A stretch of DNA of 64,000 nt from Hydrolagus colliei. Lineage: Eukaryota. Made by a program: the position numbers and the translations under genes. The first letter of the stretch is position 1. Every line of letters starts with the position of its first letter. Under the pieces are notes generated by a model that worked only from the letters and a program-made list of their open reading frames with translations, was not told the DNA's origin and searched no databases. Shown here in pieces: positions 12,923 to 25,672 of this stretch. Where the stretch lies: contig CM068757.1 in NCBI GenBank assembly GCA_035084275.1, positions 5,766,001 to 5,830,000 on the forward strand, written 5' to 3'.

Positions 12923-14204
12923 ACTCAAACCAACAATGCACGTCTGGTTCAATATGGGTTTAACAAACACCAGAATTGAGGTGAAAATATATTCTGATGT
13001 CCCCATGAGCAAAGTTACACTCTCACACACACACACAAATAGCATAATGGAAAATATTAAGGAGGAATGAAGAAAATATAATGTGTTACAAAGCTAGATG
13101 AGAGCAGATGGGAGATTATCACCCATCAAATGAGTACCGTACAAGGTCCCCTTGGGGCCAACTAACTCTCAAACCTGTGGAAAACTTCACGCGTTTTGTC
13201 ACAGCTGCCAAAAAAACAATTCAGGAAAACGGGTGAGCCAATGGCTTAAAATTGACTACTCACAGAACAAGGTCTTCAAATGATGGGCTAATAATTAATA
13301 AGGCTAGGCTGCCAAAAAGAAAAGTGGATATAACACTTTAGTGGTCATGACTCCGGAAATATACTGCTAACATAATAATTCTTCCAGACTTTCAGTTCCC
13401 TTATTTCCCTCACCGACAAAAACACAGTGGCCGTACTTCACAAGTAAACAAAACTCCAGTGTAGCGCTTGTAAGATCTGTCGACCGCGTATTAAGGTGCT
13501 AAACAATTGGACGGGGTGTGAAGAGTCTTGCTCTGTGCTTCTGCAACGTAAAGCCGACTGCGAGACGTTGAAAGGCGGGAGAATTCGGCAGCCACGACAC
13601 AGGGCGCACGGTACATCTATGACTCTGGTCCTTTGTATGTGGCGTTGCAAAAGGACAGTGTGTACGGGTCTCTTGCATTCAATTGGCAATGAGCTGATTT
13701 TAATCAGAAGCATGGAAACACGCCACAATGGGATCGCTAGTTCCCATTACATGGTATTAATGCTCAAAATGAAGCGCAATTCCTTTATTATTTACCAGCT
13801 GCTACTTTGTTAGCAGAGAAGCATGCTCGGAGAAAAAGCCCAGGTGGATGGGGAGTTGGTCCTGTGTGTGGGGGAGCCCCTGTGTATTGGAGCTCCAGCT
13901 GTGTGGCTGCCACCTGCAGCAATGTTCTCTGAGCTGGTGCCAATCCAGCGAGTTACTGAAGCTTCGGGACAGTGTGGGAATTCCAGCCCATCTGCTGTGC
14001 ATTCTTCAGGAGGAGATAAACAAAATATTTACTGCCAACGCAACGCTTCGCGTTCATTGTGAAGCCGCATCTCAATTATTTATTTGAGCCAGAAAGAGAA
14101 TAAACCCGCCAGCCAGTCGATCCGAAATCAACCCTCACCTCACCTCCACGTGCAATGGAAATTGGTCACCCCATGTAATTGCCCGACTAATTTTGCCCGC
14201 GAGG

Positions 14205-14320
14205 TATGCAGTCAGTTCATTGTACAATTCACTGTACAAGTGCTTTGAGACGTCTCAAAGACTTAATAAGGTGGATATTTTATATTGAAATCAAGGAATA
14301 TTAATAATTATTATTATTAT
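14205..14320 (+). mobile_element. DeuSINE 3' fragment
   Basis: aagtgctttgagacgtctcaaagac...caaggaatattaataattattatt. Confidence 0.6.
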
Positions 14321-15379
14321 TCTAATCATACTCGGACCAGGATGCTTTGGATGATCAACTTTGTTTCCGAGGGCAAAAGTGGACTCAAGAAATGCTATGG
14401 TCCCGATAAAGTATCATCTCGATACCTTATCACAAGCTCATTCGGGAACCATACATCAGCCAGTGAGAATGGGCAGAAATGGTTCTCACAGTGCATAAAA
14501 TGTTTGGTAGATAAAAATAAATCCCATGCTTTTACAGAGGCAGCATCACTTACAGCGCCACTGTAGCACAGCATTTCCTGCGCTATAGAAACAATTGAAT
14601 AGCACTGAGAAGTCACTCGGAATTGATGTCAGCATTGCTTCCATTATTCATAGGCAGGCAGTGTTACCAAAGCATCATATCACATTAAATGATTTATCTT
14701 AGTCCATTAAATCCCTTTCTGAAATTACTGTTCCACTTACTGGTTCATAATAACTGCTAAGATAGAAAAAGAAAAGCACCTCTGAATTACTGAAGCCTTT
14801 GCTGTGTTGACCCAGCGTGTCCTATATCAGGAAAAACACATTTCAAAGTACCCTTCTTCAAAGTGATACTTATTTTTTAATTAACATTAAAGGAAACCAT
14901 TCAAAATCTTTGGTCGGGTTGAAGTTGCTTAATGAATTGCAAATACATTTGTGGAAGAGTCAATTTACTCATAATGAAGGATCAAAACTCCAATTTGTTT
15001 TATTATTCACAATAATTGAATGAACATTAACTATTCTCTTAACTGGGGATTTGTAACACAGTCACTTTCAATCTACAAAGCAAATTGCTCACAGTAAAAC
15101 CATTCAGCACCTTTATCTATTTAAGAGTAATCTGATGAAATCTCCATCTTTTTTGTGTTCCAATCACTGCCTCTCAAAAGATTGTTCTTAATGGGGCAAG
15201 CCGGCAATTTTGTGCAATGCTGTATCCAAACATCGAGGTTTAAAATAATCATTGCATCTGAAATTTTTATGCTGAAACAACAGCTAATTGCCTTATCAGC
15301 AGACACAATCTTGATGTGGCGATATCAACCAGCTTCATAAACATTTGGCTGCAAAGTACACAATACACATATAAATTCT

Positions 15380-15500
15380 CTCTCACAAAATTCCAACCAC
15401 AAGATATAGTCAATTCGCTTTACAGTATATTCTGTGAAGTACTTTGAGACACCTCGATGACGTGATAATACACTATATAAAATGTAAAGATTCTCATTAA
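15380..15500 (+). mobile_element. DeuSINE 3' fragment
   Basis: atagtcaattcgctttacagtatattctgtgaagtactttgagac. Confidence 0.75.
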
Positions 15501-16284
15501 ACTGTCAGTCATTTGTAATCTGTGGGAATGAGTTTACAGTTTCCTATGGCAAAGAAAATAATTTTACCCCCAGGTTTTAAACCTTGCTGACACCTTGGCT
15601 TTCTTTCCAGTTCTGCTTGTATGGTTTAAAGAACTAATCTCACCTCCAGGGGACTGGGATCAGATTCTGAGACAATTACAAGCTGGCAATCTGAATCGTA
15701 CTTTGAAAGACCAGCTCACCCCAGACAAGTTACCATCAAAAGACTTGTGCAACAGATACTAAGGAAGGTATTTGGTACAATCAATTACTGTATACCTCTG
15801 GATGTCTTACGGTAGTGTCTCCTGCAGGTTAAGGCTTGCATTTTGCTGTTGGACAAAACTTTTAACAGCCTCCGTTGATTTGTTTTAATAGATACAAACC
15901 AACTATTGTGAGTAAAACCAATCCTCCGGGGTTAAGTGGGTTAAAAAATACTGTTACACTTTGCAGTGATGTAGTGGTTTGGCTTTTTAATTACCCCATT
16001 AGTTGTATTAATGTTTTATTAAGGGACCAATTTACTTTACCTGGTGCTGTTCTACATTATAAGAAAGTTACACGAGAAGGAACAGTACATCATTGTGAAC
16101 GTTATCTATAAATTATGTGACTCAGTAAACCATGCGGCTGCCTTTGTTGTGTTAATAAATTGAACTTGTTGTTAAAGCGATACCATTCCTCCATGAAACA
16201 AACACAAAAATCGCTGGGAACAACATTCCTCTACGGCTAGCCAGTTGCTTCTGTAAAGCTGATCACAACTGTCGTTTCAACAGG

Positions 16285-16551
16285 TCTCGAGCATGGCTCG
16301 TTCAGATGGACGTGAAAGATTCCCATGGCATTATTCAAAAAGACAAGGGCATTTCACCGGGCCAACAACCACATAGAAAAGTGATCATTCGATTGGTCAC
16401 GGTTTGCAGGACACTGCTTTGTTCAAATTGGTTGCTGCAATTGCCTATAAATTACACAGTTACTACACTCTGCAGTAAAATTCCTGTGAAACCTTTTGAG
16501 ACGTCCTCCAGTTGTGAAAGTTGCTGTATCAAATGCGAGGATAATTATTAA
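16285..16551 (+). mobile_element. Old SacSINE1-like DeuSINE body and tail
   Basis: cagatggacgtgaaagattcccatggcattattc...ggtttgcaggacactgct...aaattggttgctgc...aaatgcgaggataattatt. Confidence 0.7.
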
Positions 16552-17220
16552 TAGCATCATTGCAAGCAATAACTATTACAGTACTTTATTTCATTTTATT
16601 TGGGGGGAAAAATGTGATTTAAAGACCTTTATTTCTTTACAAATGGCTTGCATGAGGTGACTAACACTCTGCGTTAGGTCCCATGTTTATGACTTATTGA
16701 TGTGGCTTCTACACGAAGGGTGTGATTATTTTTACGTAGCCCTCCCCCACCCTTTCACCAAAAGACACTGTATTAAAACAAAACCCACTTCTAATTAGCT
16801 CGTAAGGTAATATTTAAAGTAAAGTATTTAGGTAACCTAATTGGTTTAGTAAAAGAAGTTTAGACCTCAAACAAGCTCCACGCAAAGCATTAGAATAGGA
16901 TGACTGTGCAATTACTTTAAATTATTTGCAATTAACTTTGCCAGTAAAGCCCGAGGCTACAGCATCAAGATCAGCATATTATAGTAGAGCTGGGAAGAGC
17001 GAGCAAGATGTGCAATTATCATAAAATAGATGTAATTAGCTTTACATCTACAACCTGGAGAGGTGCTGCCTCCAGGCTTCCTTTCGTCAGGGAACTGCTG
17101 AGCACAGGTGGTGGAACAGTCAAAATTCGCAGGCACAGTCAAAGCTAGCTACATTTTCTGGCTCCACACACCTACCTCTGTTTACCAACCCAGTTTGGAG
17201 TCGATTGGCTTTTCCAAGGG

Positions 17221-17423
17221 TTATCAATCCCTTCGAAAGTAAATCCGTAAAATAATTTGAGCACTCAATCCATGACCGTTTGCGGGACACGGCCACACAC
17301 AATTCGCTGCCGTGTTTCGCCCACACATTAAACAGTCAATTCGGTTTACAGTCTATTCTGTGAAGCACATGGAGCATGTTGCCTGAGATAAGGCGCTATA
17401 TCAAATGCAAGGATTATTATTAT
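17221..17423 (+). mobile_element. 5'-truncated DeuSINE
   Basis: caatccatgaccgtttgcgggacac...tttcgcccac...caaatgcaaggattattattat. Confidence 0.85.
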
Positions 17424-17594
17424 CGGCCATCATCTGCCCTAACAATGAATGTCATTGATACAGCACTGAAGCTTTGTAGAAGTATGCAGTGTGGGCATTT
17501 CATTCCTAAACACAATGTTATTCCTTTCCAGGTGCCAGCATTAAAAAAAATTCCCCAGTTGCCTAAGAGTATTCTTTTGTAACTTGGGAGGATT

Positions 17595-17715
17595 TCAGAA
17601 GCAGTGGCTTGAGTAGAGAGCATCAGTGCATTCATACACAAATCAGCCTGACGAATGATGGACTTCACGAGAGGGATGTGGGAGGGTATAAGGAGTAGAA
17701 TAGGAGGGCTGGAAA
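17595..17715 (+). mobile_element. Degenerate CR1-like 3' fragment
   Basis: gcagtggcttgagtagagagcatcagtgcattca resembles the CR1 ORF2 C-terminus also seen at 26830-26870. Confidence 0.4.
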
Positions 17716-19184
17716 CTAGTGTTGCATGTGAATACCTGCATAGTCGAAATGCCCATTTCAGTTTCATACAGTCTCTTGTGATTTATCTGACATTCAGTTA
17801 CTTGTAATTGAACCCACAACCTGCTGACACCTGAACAGCAAGAGTGCCGCAAACAGAACCCGTAACAAGTCTTTCGGATACTTATGTAACACACAAGTGC
17901 AACTCGTTCAGTGACGAAAGAGAAGATCTTTACTTTAAACAGTGAAAAAAAGTTTTTTTTTAAAAACGCGCAGATAAAAGCTTTAAAGGATATCGTCAAA
18001 AGAATTATTTTATAAAGAGGCCACTTCAGAATGAAATAGCTCATTGATTCCCTGATGTCTTTGAACAATCATGAAAAGTATTCCCATTCCGAGCCCTGGT
18101 TTGAGTTCCTGTTGCTCGTGAAACGGCATCATTGAGCTCGGACACTGTGTGTAACCTTCCTCCGCAAGTGCCTGGTCTAATAAGCAACACGATCATGTTG
18201 ATGTTCTGCCATTCCATCATCCTGTCACTCGGTTATCACCTTGTAATTAGTTGTTGTAAGCAATTAAAAAGACAACACAGGCCCTTTAAACCCTCGCCTT
18301 TGAATCAATACAATATCACGCTAGGGAAAAAGCTTGCGTTTCCTTCACCTCTAAAGGAAGCGAATCATAACTCACTGCTTCTCAGGGCAGTGCAGAGTTA
18401 TGGTCTTTTGAGAGGAAGAGATGTCAACACATTCCGACTCGGATGATAACCTATATATTAATCCTAAACTATGCACAATTTTGTTCACTATCCCCATAGC
18501 ATTAAATGTCAGAATTCGTTAGAGCTCTGTATCGTCAGTATACAGCAGGCTGGAGATTAATTAGTCCTACAGTTGACTGCTGTTGCCCCCTCTTCGCACA
18601 GAGTCGGGGGCGCTGGCAGATGAAACGTAAACACAATTTTTAAGTGACACACCAAAACCCGTACTTCTCATCACTGATCTAGTCCGAACGGCACAAGAAC
18701 GCAATCAATTATGCCATTAGTCTTCATAAAGTGGTGGTGCTCACAAAAATGATGGAATCTTGAAAGCTGCGCTGGCTCTTTCTGGGAAATTCAACTCCTT
18801 CAGGCGGGCAATAACAATAACATCTGTGCACCATGGTGGACAATGAAATACCTGAGTGCCTTTATTCAGCATCTATAACAAAGCGTTCAGCATGTGACAG
18901 CACTAGCCACTTGGAGTGGGTTGGCGGCCTGTGAAAGAACTGGCAGAACTCTTTTCTTGTGGAATGCCATTTGAATCTGAACGAAAGCATTCAGTGTTGG
19001 GAATTTAAATAAGCCAGCAGCTCAAGCCGCGATAATTTGTTTGTGGCACACACCGAGGAGGTGACCGTTCCATGTGTATTGCCAGTACTTCGCATCAGAA
19101 CCATAGACATGACAACATCGGACACTGAGCTTGAATTTTGCAATCTACTTCCTGAGCATCAGTTAATACTTTCTAATGCTTTCC

Positions 19185-19293
19185 TACCAACGTGAAAGGT
19201 GCTCTAAAAATGTAATTTTGTTGTTTTGTAACAACAACATTACACTTGTAAAGCGCCTTTCACGTCAGGAGGACGTCCCAAGGCGCTGGACTG
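19185..19293. mobile_element. Two L2 3' tails joined tail-to-tail (inverted)
   Basis: cgtgaaaggtgctct...ttgttgttttgt followed by aacaacaacattacacttgtaaagcgcctttcacg. Confidence 0.85.
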
Positions 19294-20430
19294 TTACTGT
19301 TTCAGAACCCAATTTACGAAGCACTGAGTAGCTGCTACAGACTTCATGAACAAAGCTAGAGATACATCTTGCGTTGAAATATTAATTTCAAACGGGAAAC
19401 AAACTCAAATTCAAAGCCAAGTGCGATCAACCATTTGTATTCTGAAAGCCCAAATAGACATCAGTTTCAAAAGTTCTGAATGCGGTTTTATTCACTGAGT
19501 GATCTGCTTTATCTTGTTTATTCATTGGGAAAGTGGTATGACATTCAACTAGTGTACGGAAAGTAAAAACATGCAACAAAAAAAGCTCCCCAACACAAAG
19601 AGTTTATGTGGCTTTCAAAAGATGTCAAGTGAAAATTAGCTTGAAATGTTTCTGTTTAGTGCTCCCATATCAGCTGGAGTCCACAGTAAAAGATTGGTTT
19701 AATAAAGGCATCTGTATTCACATCTCTAATTACACCCTTATTGAAACCACGGAAAACAGGCTCAAAGGGAGAAACCACATCAAATAAATATTTCTTTTGT
19801 AAATTGTGATGGAAAGAACACTTAAGAATGCATCATTGACACAAAATCAGTTCTGCAAGTACACTCGAGACCTATACATACTAAACCTGCCAGCCTCATT
19901 GCAGAGGAAATATTTACATAAGACATACTACCGTGAGCACAGCTCCAAATGTGATTTGAATCCCAGTGAGGACTGCTGCACTGCCCTGAGCTAAGGAAAG
20001 CACTTGCATTCTTATAGCGCTTTAACACGCTAAAATGGATCAAAATACTTCGCTGGTGATTGTTCAGTCCAGTGATTGTTTTTGGAGGCAAATTCAGCAG
20101 CAAGAAGTGAAAGTTGTATTTAATTTTATAGTTGATCGACTGCTAAAAATAAACCTTAGTTAGGGATACCATGCAAAATTTTGACATGGACCAAAAATGC
20201 TGTCAAAACTGGTTGGTAGTCTGTCCGGGCTGAATTTAAACCCAGTGTCACCTATCATTCCAAACCTATTTAAAGCTCAGAAGAAATGCCATGCATCTCA
20301 ATGTGTTTGTTTTGGGCTGTTTGACAGAACAATCAATCTAGTTAGCTCATAGCCCTCCCTTTTCTCAAAACCAACTCCTTTTTTCCAACCAATCTTCATT
20401 ACAGTGCCCCAAAAGGTGTATTTACCTTTC

Positions 20431-20645
20431 ACAACAACAACAACAATTTACATTTATATAGCACCTTTCACGTCGGGAGGACGTCCCAAGGCGCTAAACA
20501 AGAGGCGTGTGACCCGAGCTGGGAGGGGAGTGTTTGGGAAGGGGTGAAACATGAAGGGGAGGTAAAAGAGTTCGGGGTGAAACAAAAGGCACGATCGAAG
20601 AGGAAAGTCTTCAAATCGGCCTTGAAAGAGGAAAGGGAAGAGGCG
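20431..20645 (-). mobile_element. L2 3' end (ORF2 C-terminus, 3'UTR and tail)
   Basis: Minus-strand translation 'ASSLSSFKADLKTFLF' resembles the L2 ORF2 C-terminal motif; hairpin tail and (TTG)n follow. Confidence 0.85.
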
Positions 20646-20998
20646 AAACAACAAACTTGATATAGAATATACCGGTATAGAATATTGCCGCAAAGCTCTT
20701 GGTTACTTGGAAGCTCCACGATAGATACTCGCCACAAAAGAATATGTGACTAAAAGAAGCTTAGTGCCATGCTAAACACAGTGCTTTAGAAAATGTCAAA
20801 CCCAGCTCATGCTGCACACAATGTATGGGAGAACCTATTACTGAAGGATAAGGAATATTAAAAGTTCACTGTATTTTAACAAGATCAGGAATTAGGCATA
20901 TTTGTAGAGCATAGTGTCCTAATCATATGATGTATGCCATTTACCCAGTCAGTTATTGCTTGCACATCAATAATAATTAAACCCAAGTTATTAACTTC

Positions 20999-21016
20999 GG
21001 GGGGGGGGGGGGGGGG
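20999..21016 (+). repeat. Poly-G run (18 nt)
   Basis: Direct observation. Confidence 0.9.
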
Positions 21017-21469
21017 AAATCAAGCTATCAGGAAGGTTTCAGTTACAAGGTAATGGGTTCACAAATGCTTGGCTCCTCGAAACAACCAAATGTAGTCCTG
21101 GAGTTGCGCTGCGGTGTCAGGAACCTACAGATTAAACATTAAATCAGCTGCCTACAGCTGATTGTATTTGCAGTACTACAAATACAGTACTGCACTTCAC
21201 AGATAATACTATGAGGTGCGTTGAGACGCCCTCCTGACATAGAAGGAATGATATCAAATGGAAGGATTATTATTTTCCGCTACAAGCGTCACGCTGATAT
21301 GAAGCCACGAAGGGGACTCTTAAGTAATATGCCCTTGAAGCCTCACGCCACACAGAAAATCATTACCAGCTAATACTCGTGCATGCACAAGCTACAAAAA
21401 CTCTGGCCGCAGTCACTGATTGTTCATCAATCTCAATTTGAAGCCAGCACATCTTCTCCCAAGGCCTTT

Positions 21470-21545
21470 ATAGCGCCTTGGGACGTCCTCCCGACGTGAA
21501 AGGCGCTATATAAATGTAAATTGTTGTTGTTGTTGTTGTTGTTGC
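21470..21545 (+). mobile_element. Short L2 3' tail with (TTG)n
   Basis: agcgccttgggacgtcctcccgacgtgaaaggcgctatataaatgtaaattgttgttg. Confidence 0.9.
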
Positions 21546-22227
21546 CAGCTTTATAGTGCAGGCACCATGTGTGTGACATGTGTGTGTGTGTGTGCGCGCG
21601 TGTGAGTGTGTATGTGCGTGTGTATGCGTCTGCCATCGTGTTCCACACATTCCACCCTGTTCCCACCTGCCGTGAAAATCAAGACACTTCGAGTTGAAAT
21701 CCAAATATATCTAATGAGGTGAAAATATTCCCATTTTCCTGACTGCAAACGTCCTAAATGATAGCAGAAGAGGCAGTTTCGACCCAGTCCCCTGTGGTCC
21801 CAAATTGCCCAAATTCTGAGTGTAATCTCAGTCTTGCTCAGAGAGGCGACACCGTTTGGCTGGTGATTTGTGCTTTTCAGAGTCTGTTTTAAACAGGAGT
21901 GTTTCTCCTCATCAAATTCCCATTGTGCTTGACCTGGGCGTGCTTGCTGCTGGAACCGAGAGAGAGAGAGAAAAAAAATCCATTCCCCAGTCGTCACACC
22001 ACTCATCTTCTCAGACATGAAGTTCACCAGAATAAAGAAAAGTGGAGCAGCATTCATGGACTCGCAGAACAAATTACTGTGAAATCTCATCGTAAAATGT
22101 CTTGTATACCTTCAATAATGTGGCCTGAAATGGGCACTGCACAATTACAATATACTACAGAAACTTAAGTGCAATAACAATTTATATTTATACAGCACAC
22201 AGCTGTCCTGACTGGGAGCCTGAGCTA

Positions 22228-22269
22228 TGTGTGTGTGTGTGTGTGTGTGTATGTCTCTCTGTGTGTGTG
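22228..22269. repeat. (TG)n microsatellite
   Basis: Direct observation. Confidence 0.9.
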
Positions 22270-22365
22270 GGCTCACAAGATTAAGTCTTGTCCCAAAAAA
22301 CAGCACCTCAAACAATACAGTTTTGGAGTGTCAAATGCGTCAGTGAGTTAAGATTAATAATAATC

Positions 22366-22640
22366 ACCACACCCCTGATAATAATCCTTCAAAAAAACAC
22401 AATAATAAATTGGTCAATTCAATCCACGACTATTTGCGGGACACTGCTGTGCACAATTGGCTGCTGCGTTTCGCCCACATATACACAGTCAATTCACTTT
22501 AGGATATATTCTGTGAAGAGCTTTGAGACGACCTCCCGACGTGAAAGGCGCTCTACAAATGTAATTTTGTTTTGTTGCTTTGTCTAAAAGATGTGAAAAG
22601 TGCTATATCAAATACAGTACAAGGATTAATGTTATTATTA
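22366..22640 (+). mobile_element. 5'-truncated DeuSINE with an L2 tail nested in its 3' hairpin
   Basis: Deu core at 22430-22480; L2-type tail at about 22530-22581, after which the SINE tail resumes (gtctaaaagatgtgaaaagtgc). Confidence 0.85.
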
Positions 22641-22644
22641 AGCA

Positions 22645-22680
22645 CTCAATGCGGGCCTTGAGCTCAATGCGGACCTTGAG
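22645..22680. repeat. 18-bp tandem duplication
   Basis: ctcaatgcgg(g/a)ccttgag x2. Confidence 0.85.
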
Positions 22681-22994
22681 CACTCAACCTTTAAAGGAAA
22701 GCAATTAATGATAACGATAAACAATAATGGAGAAAAATGCCAACACACTATCTGGTCAAAGATGTTGCAGCATTACCTACAAATGCCATGGAAATGTTCA
22801 TGACTTGTTTAATTCCCCCTGCATTGCACGGAAACATAAGTGCTTAGGGGTGAAATGTTCTGGGGAAATTAAATTGTCAAACGTCCATGTAATTTCATTT
22901 ACTTATCGTTGTTTTTGCAACGCTCAGCATTACCTTGAGGATATCCCAGTTATTGCAAGACTCAATCTCGAATGCGTTGGCAGCAGATAAAGAG

Positions 22995-23112
22995 CCAACT
23001 ATTCCGCCAACAAAATACAGTCAATTCACTTTGCTCCGTGAAGTTCTCGTAGGCGTCTCAAAGACATAATAAGGCGCGATGTCAAATGCAAGTGATTATC
23101 ATTATTATTATT
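22995..23112 (+). mobile_element. DeuSINE 3' fragment
   Basis: aatacagtcaattcacttt...aaatgcaagtgattatcattattatt. Confidence 0.75.
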
Positions 23113-23489
23113 AACCACCGCACTGAATCATGATAAGAAATATGTTCAACATTTATACTGATCCACAAAATTGGGAGCCAGAAATAAGGCACCAGAATTC
23201 TGAGAATTCAATGTGAGCTTCACGCCATAAATATGCCCAGCGTTTGCCGAAAGATTGATTCGTGGAATCGAACCTTTGAGACCTTTTTTTTGACAACAGC
23301 GACAACTTGCATTTATATTGCGAGGTAGTGTCTTGGAGTGCTGCAAACACAGCAAGGTGGAGTGCTGTTCTGAGAAACAAATGGTTCCAATTACTCGGGA
23401 AATCTGTAGTAATTTTAATCATAATATAAACTCATAAAAAATCTGAGAGAAATCGACCATGATTTAGAAACCGCTGTTTCAATTCTATT

Positions 23490-23642
23490 TAATAATAATA
23501 ATAATGCACTTGATAGTGCCTTAGCACATCTTTGAGTTATCTCAAAGCGCTTCACAGATTATACTGTAAAGTGAATTGATTGTTCAATTTGTGGGCAAAA
23601 CACGGCAGCCAATTGCGCACAGCAGTATCCTACAAACAGTCG
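23490..23642 (-). mobile_element. 5'-truncated DeuSINE
   Basis: aataataataat...ctcaaagcgcttcacag...ggcagccaattgcgcacagcag. Confidence 0.88.
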
Positions 23643-24770
23643 CCCACCATTCACCTCCCTCTCCCACCCCCACCCTGTCCCTCCTTAAACATACCAACCC
23701 TCTTTGGGCTATCGTAAGAGAAAAGTTTATGATATGAAGTTTATTCTTGCAAGCTGTGCTGTAAGGTTTGCTCCATAATAAAGAGTAAATATTCCCAAAC
23801 AAACAAGAGTTTATTGATTTCCAAGCAGGGCAAAACTAGGTAATCTTCACCATATTGAAAAATTATTAAAATTCTTTTGATGAGCTGCATCTTTTGAAAT
23901 GAATATAACTGGCTATTTCACTGCAGTACAAAAAAAACACTCTATGAGATTGCCAAGCTGTTGCTGAAGTTCTCTGATAATGAAAAACCAGTCTGGAATA
24001 CTAATCTGCCAATTGACTTCTAGCAGATTCAGAAGGTGAGGTAAGGTAGAAAATGATTGTCACACTATTGTCCCAAATTGACTACGTAGAGATAAATACA
24101 CCGTAAAACAGAATACATCAGTAAATGCAGTGGGCGGTTACAGCAAGTTAAAACATGGTTGGCAACATTCATCATTCCCAGTGCTGTACTGTGCTGGGCT
24201 GCGAGGAAGGCAAAACTTGCCTCGGTGCAACAGACTTGCCTCTCTCCAATAGGACACCAAAGAATTGAATCGCTACTTGCAGACTTAGGACATAAAAATA
24301 ACGTCTTAAATGTACCAAGGCAACAACAACTTGGATTTAAATAGCAACCCCTCACACAGGCAGACGCCCACTCGTCCACAATGGAAACTGTGAACTTCTC
24401 ACATGGACCTCTTTCATCTGAACCAATCTTGTGATCTTGGGAATCCTCCATTGAGAAGCAAGTTAGTAAATTGGCTTTCAAAATGGCTAAAAAAAACACA
24501 CAACACATTTGTGGGCACAGCCTTTCCGGAACTGGCCAAGAGCTGTGAAGTCGACACACGGTTGCTTCAAAGATCCAGGTATATTTTTGGAGGTGTTTCT
24601 ACACCATTAAATTGAGTCCACTCACAGCAGGAAGAGTTATCTCAGCCCTCAGTGCTGGCATCTCAATCACACAGGTGTATCGCTTCGAAGTTTACAGCAG
24701 GAAATCCGTACCAACACTCAAAATCATCCACAGAATCTAATAACAGCGCAAAAGATAGGTTTAAGATACC

Positions 24771-24976
24771 GTGGGTTGAATTTACGTTTGTTCTTAACCA
24801 GACCGCTATATAAAGAAACCAAAATATGCAAACGGTGACTGGAGTTGACCCGGAACCTGTGCAATTCCATCATTTCCAGATTTCCTCAATCCCATTCCAG
24901 AGCGAATGGTTAATGGGAATGTCACCAGCATTTGTCACTTAGAAATCCAGTTAGGAAATGTCATAAATTAGACCCC
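24771..24976. mobile_element. Possible degenerate MITE
   Basis: Imperfect terminal inverted repeats gggttgaatttacg ... cataaattagacccc about 200 bp apart. Confidence 0.35.
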
Positions 24977-25539
24977 ATTGCCCTTCTGTTTCATTGAAAT
25001 ATAGACTCACTCAGCCTAGAAGCAAAAAAAAACTGTCTTTGTGGGAGTGGGGAATTGAACCACTGTCTGTCATCTAGTCTGACATTTCACTCACAACATC
25101 ATGACTGCCTTCCGAGACTAAGACCAGAGCTGGTTGTGCTTTCAAAGCTGTCAGTCTGTCATCCTGCTACAAGCTGAATTGATGGTACTGTTAAAGTGGT
25201 TAGACTATGAACAATGGATTCAATTCCATCACTCCAGTTTGTTACAGAAATATTTTCTTCTCAACATTGAAGTCCTTTCTTAACCTTTTAATCTCAGGCA
25301 CTTTTCAATCAAAGCGTTGGATTTTTTTCAACAACAAAAAAAGCAGCCGGCAACATTAAGAATTGGTTATAGTAATTCTAACAAAAACTTGCATTTATAA
25401 AAGCGCCCTTCACATAGGATAACGGCTAAACATTTCACAGTCACTTTTAGCCTCCCGCTCACAGAGAAATTTCACCTGGGAATATATTTACTCTGTTTGC
25501 AAAACATTTCAGAGCGTCCAGAAGTTGGAAAATTGCTAA

Positions 25540-25672
25540 ATGTTGCTATACACAACTGTCTGCTGTGTTTCGCCCACAAAACACACTGTCAATCCACTTT
25601 ACGATAGATTCAGTGTAGCGCTTTGAGATGGCTCAATGACGTGATGACCCCTCAGATGCAAGGATTATTAAT
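25540..25672 (+). mobile_element. DeuSINE 3' fragment
   Basis: tgctgtgtttcgcccacaaa...agcgctttgagatg...gcaaggattatt. Confidence 0.75.

Noticed and set aside
18595-18615. CTCF-like site (gagtcgggggcgctg)
   Set aside because: Only the 3' half matches the consensus.
21551-22090. 179-aa minus-strand ORF
   Set aside because: Runs through microsatellites; no recognisable domain.
24065-24559. 164-aa minus-strand ORF
   Set aside because: Cys/Leu-rich composition typical of random sequence; no recognisable homology or exon boundaries.
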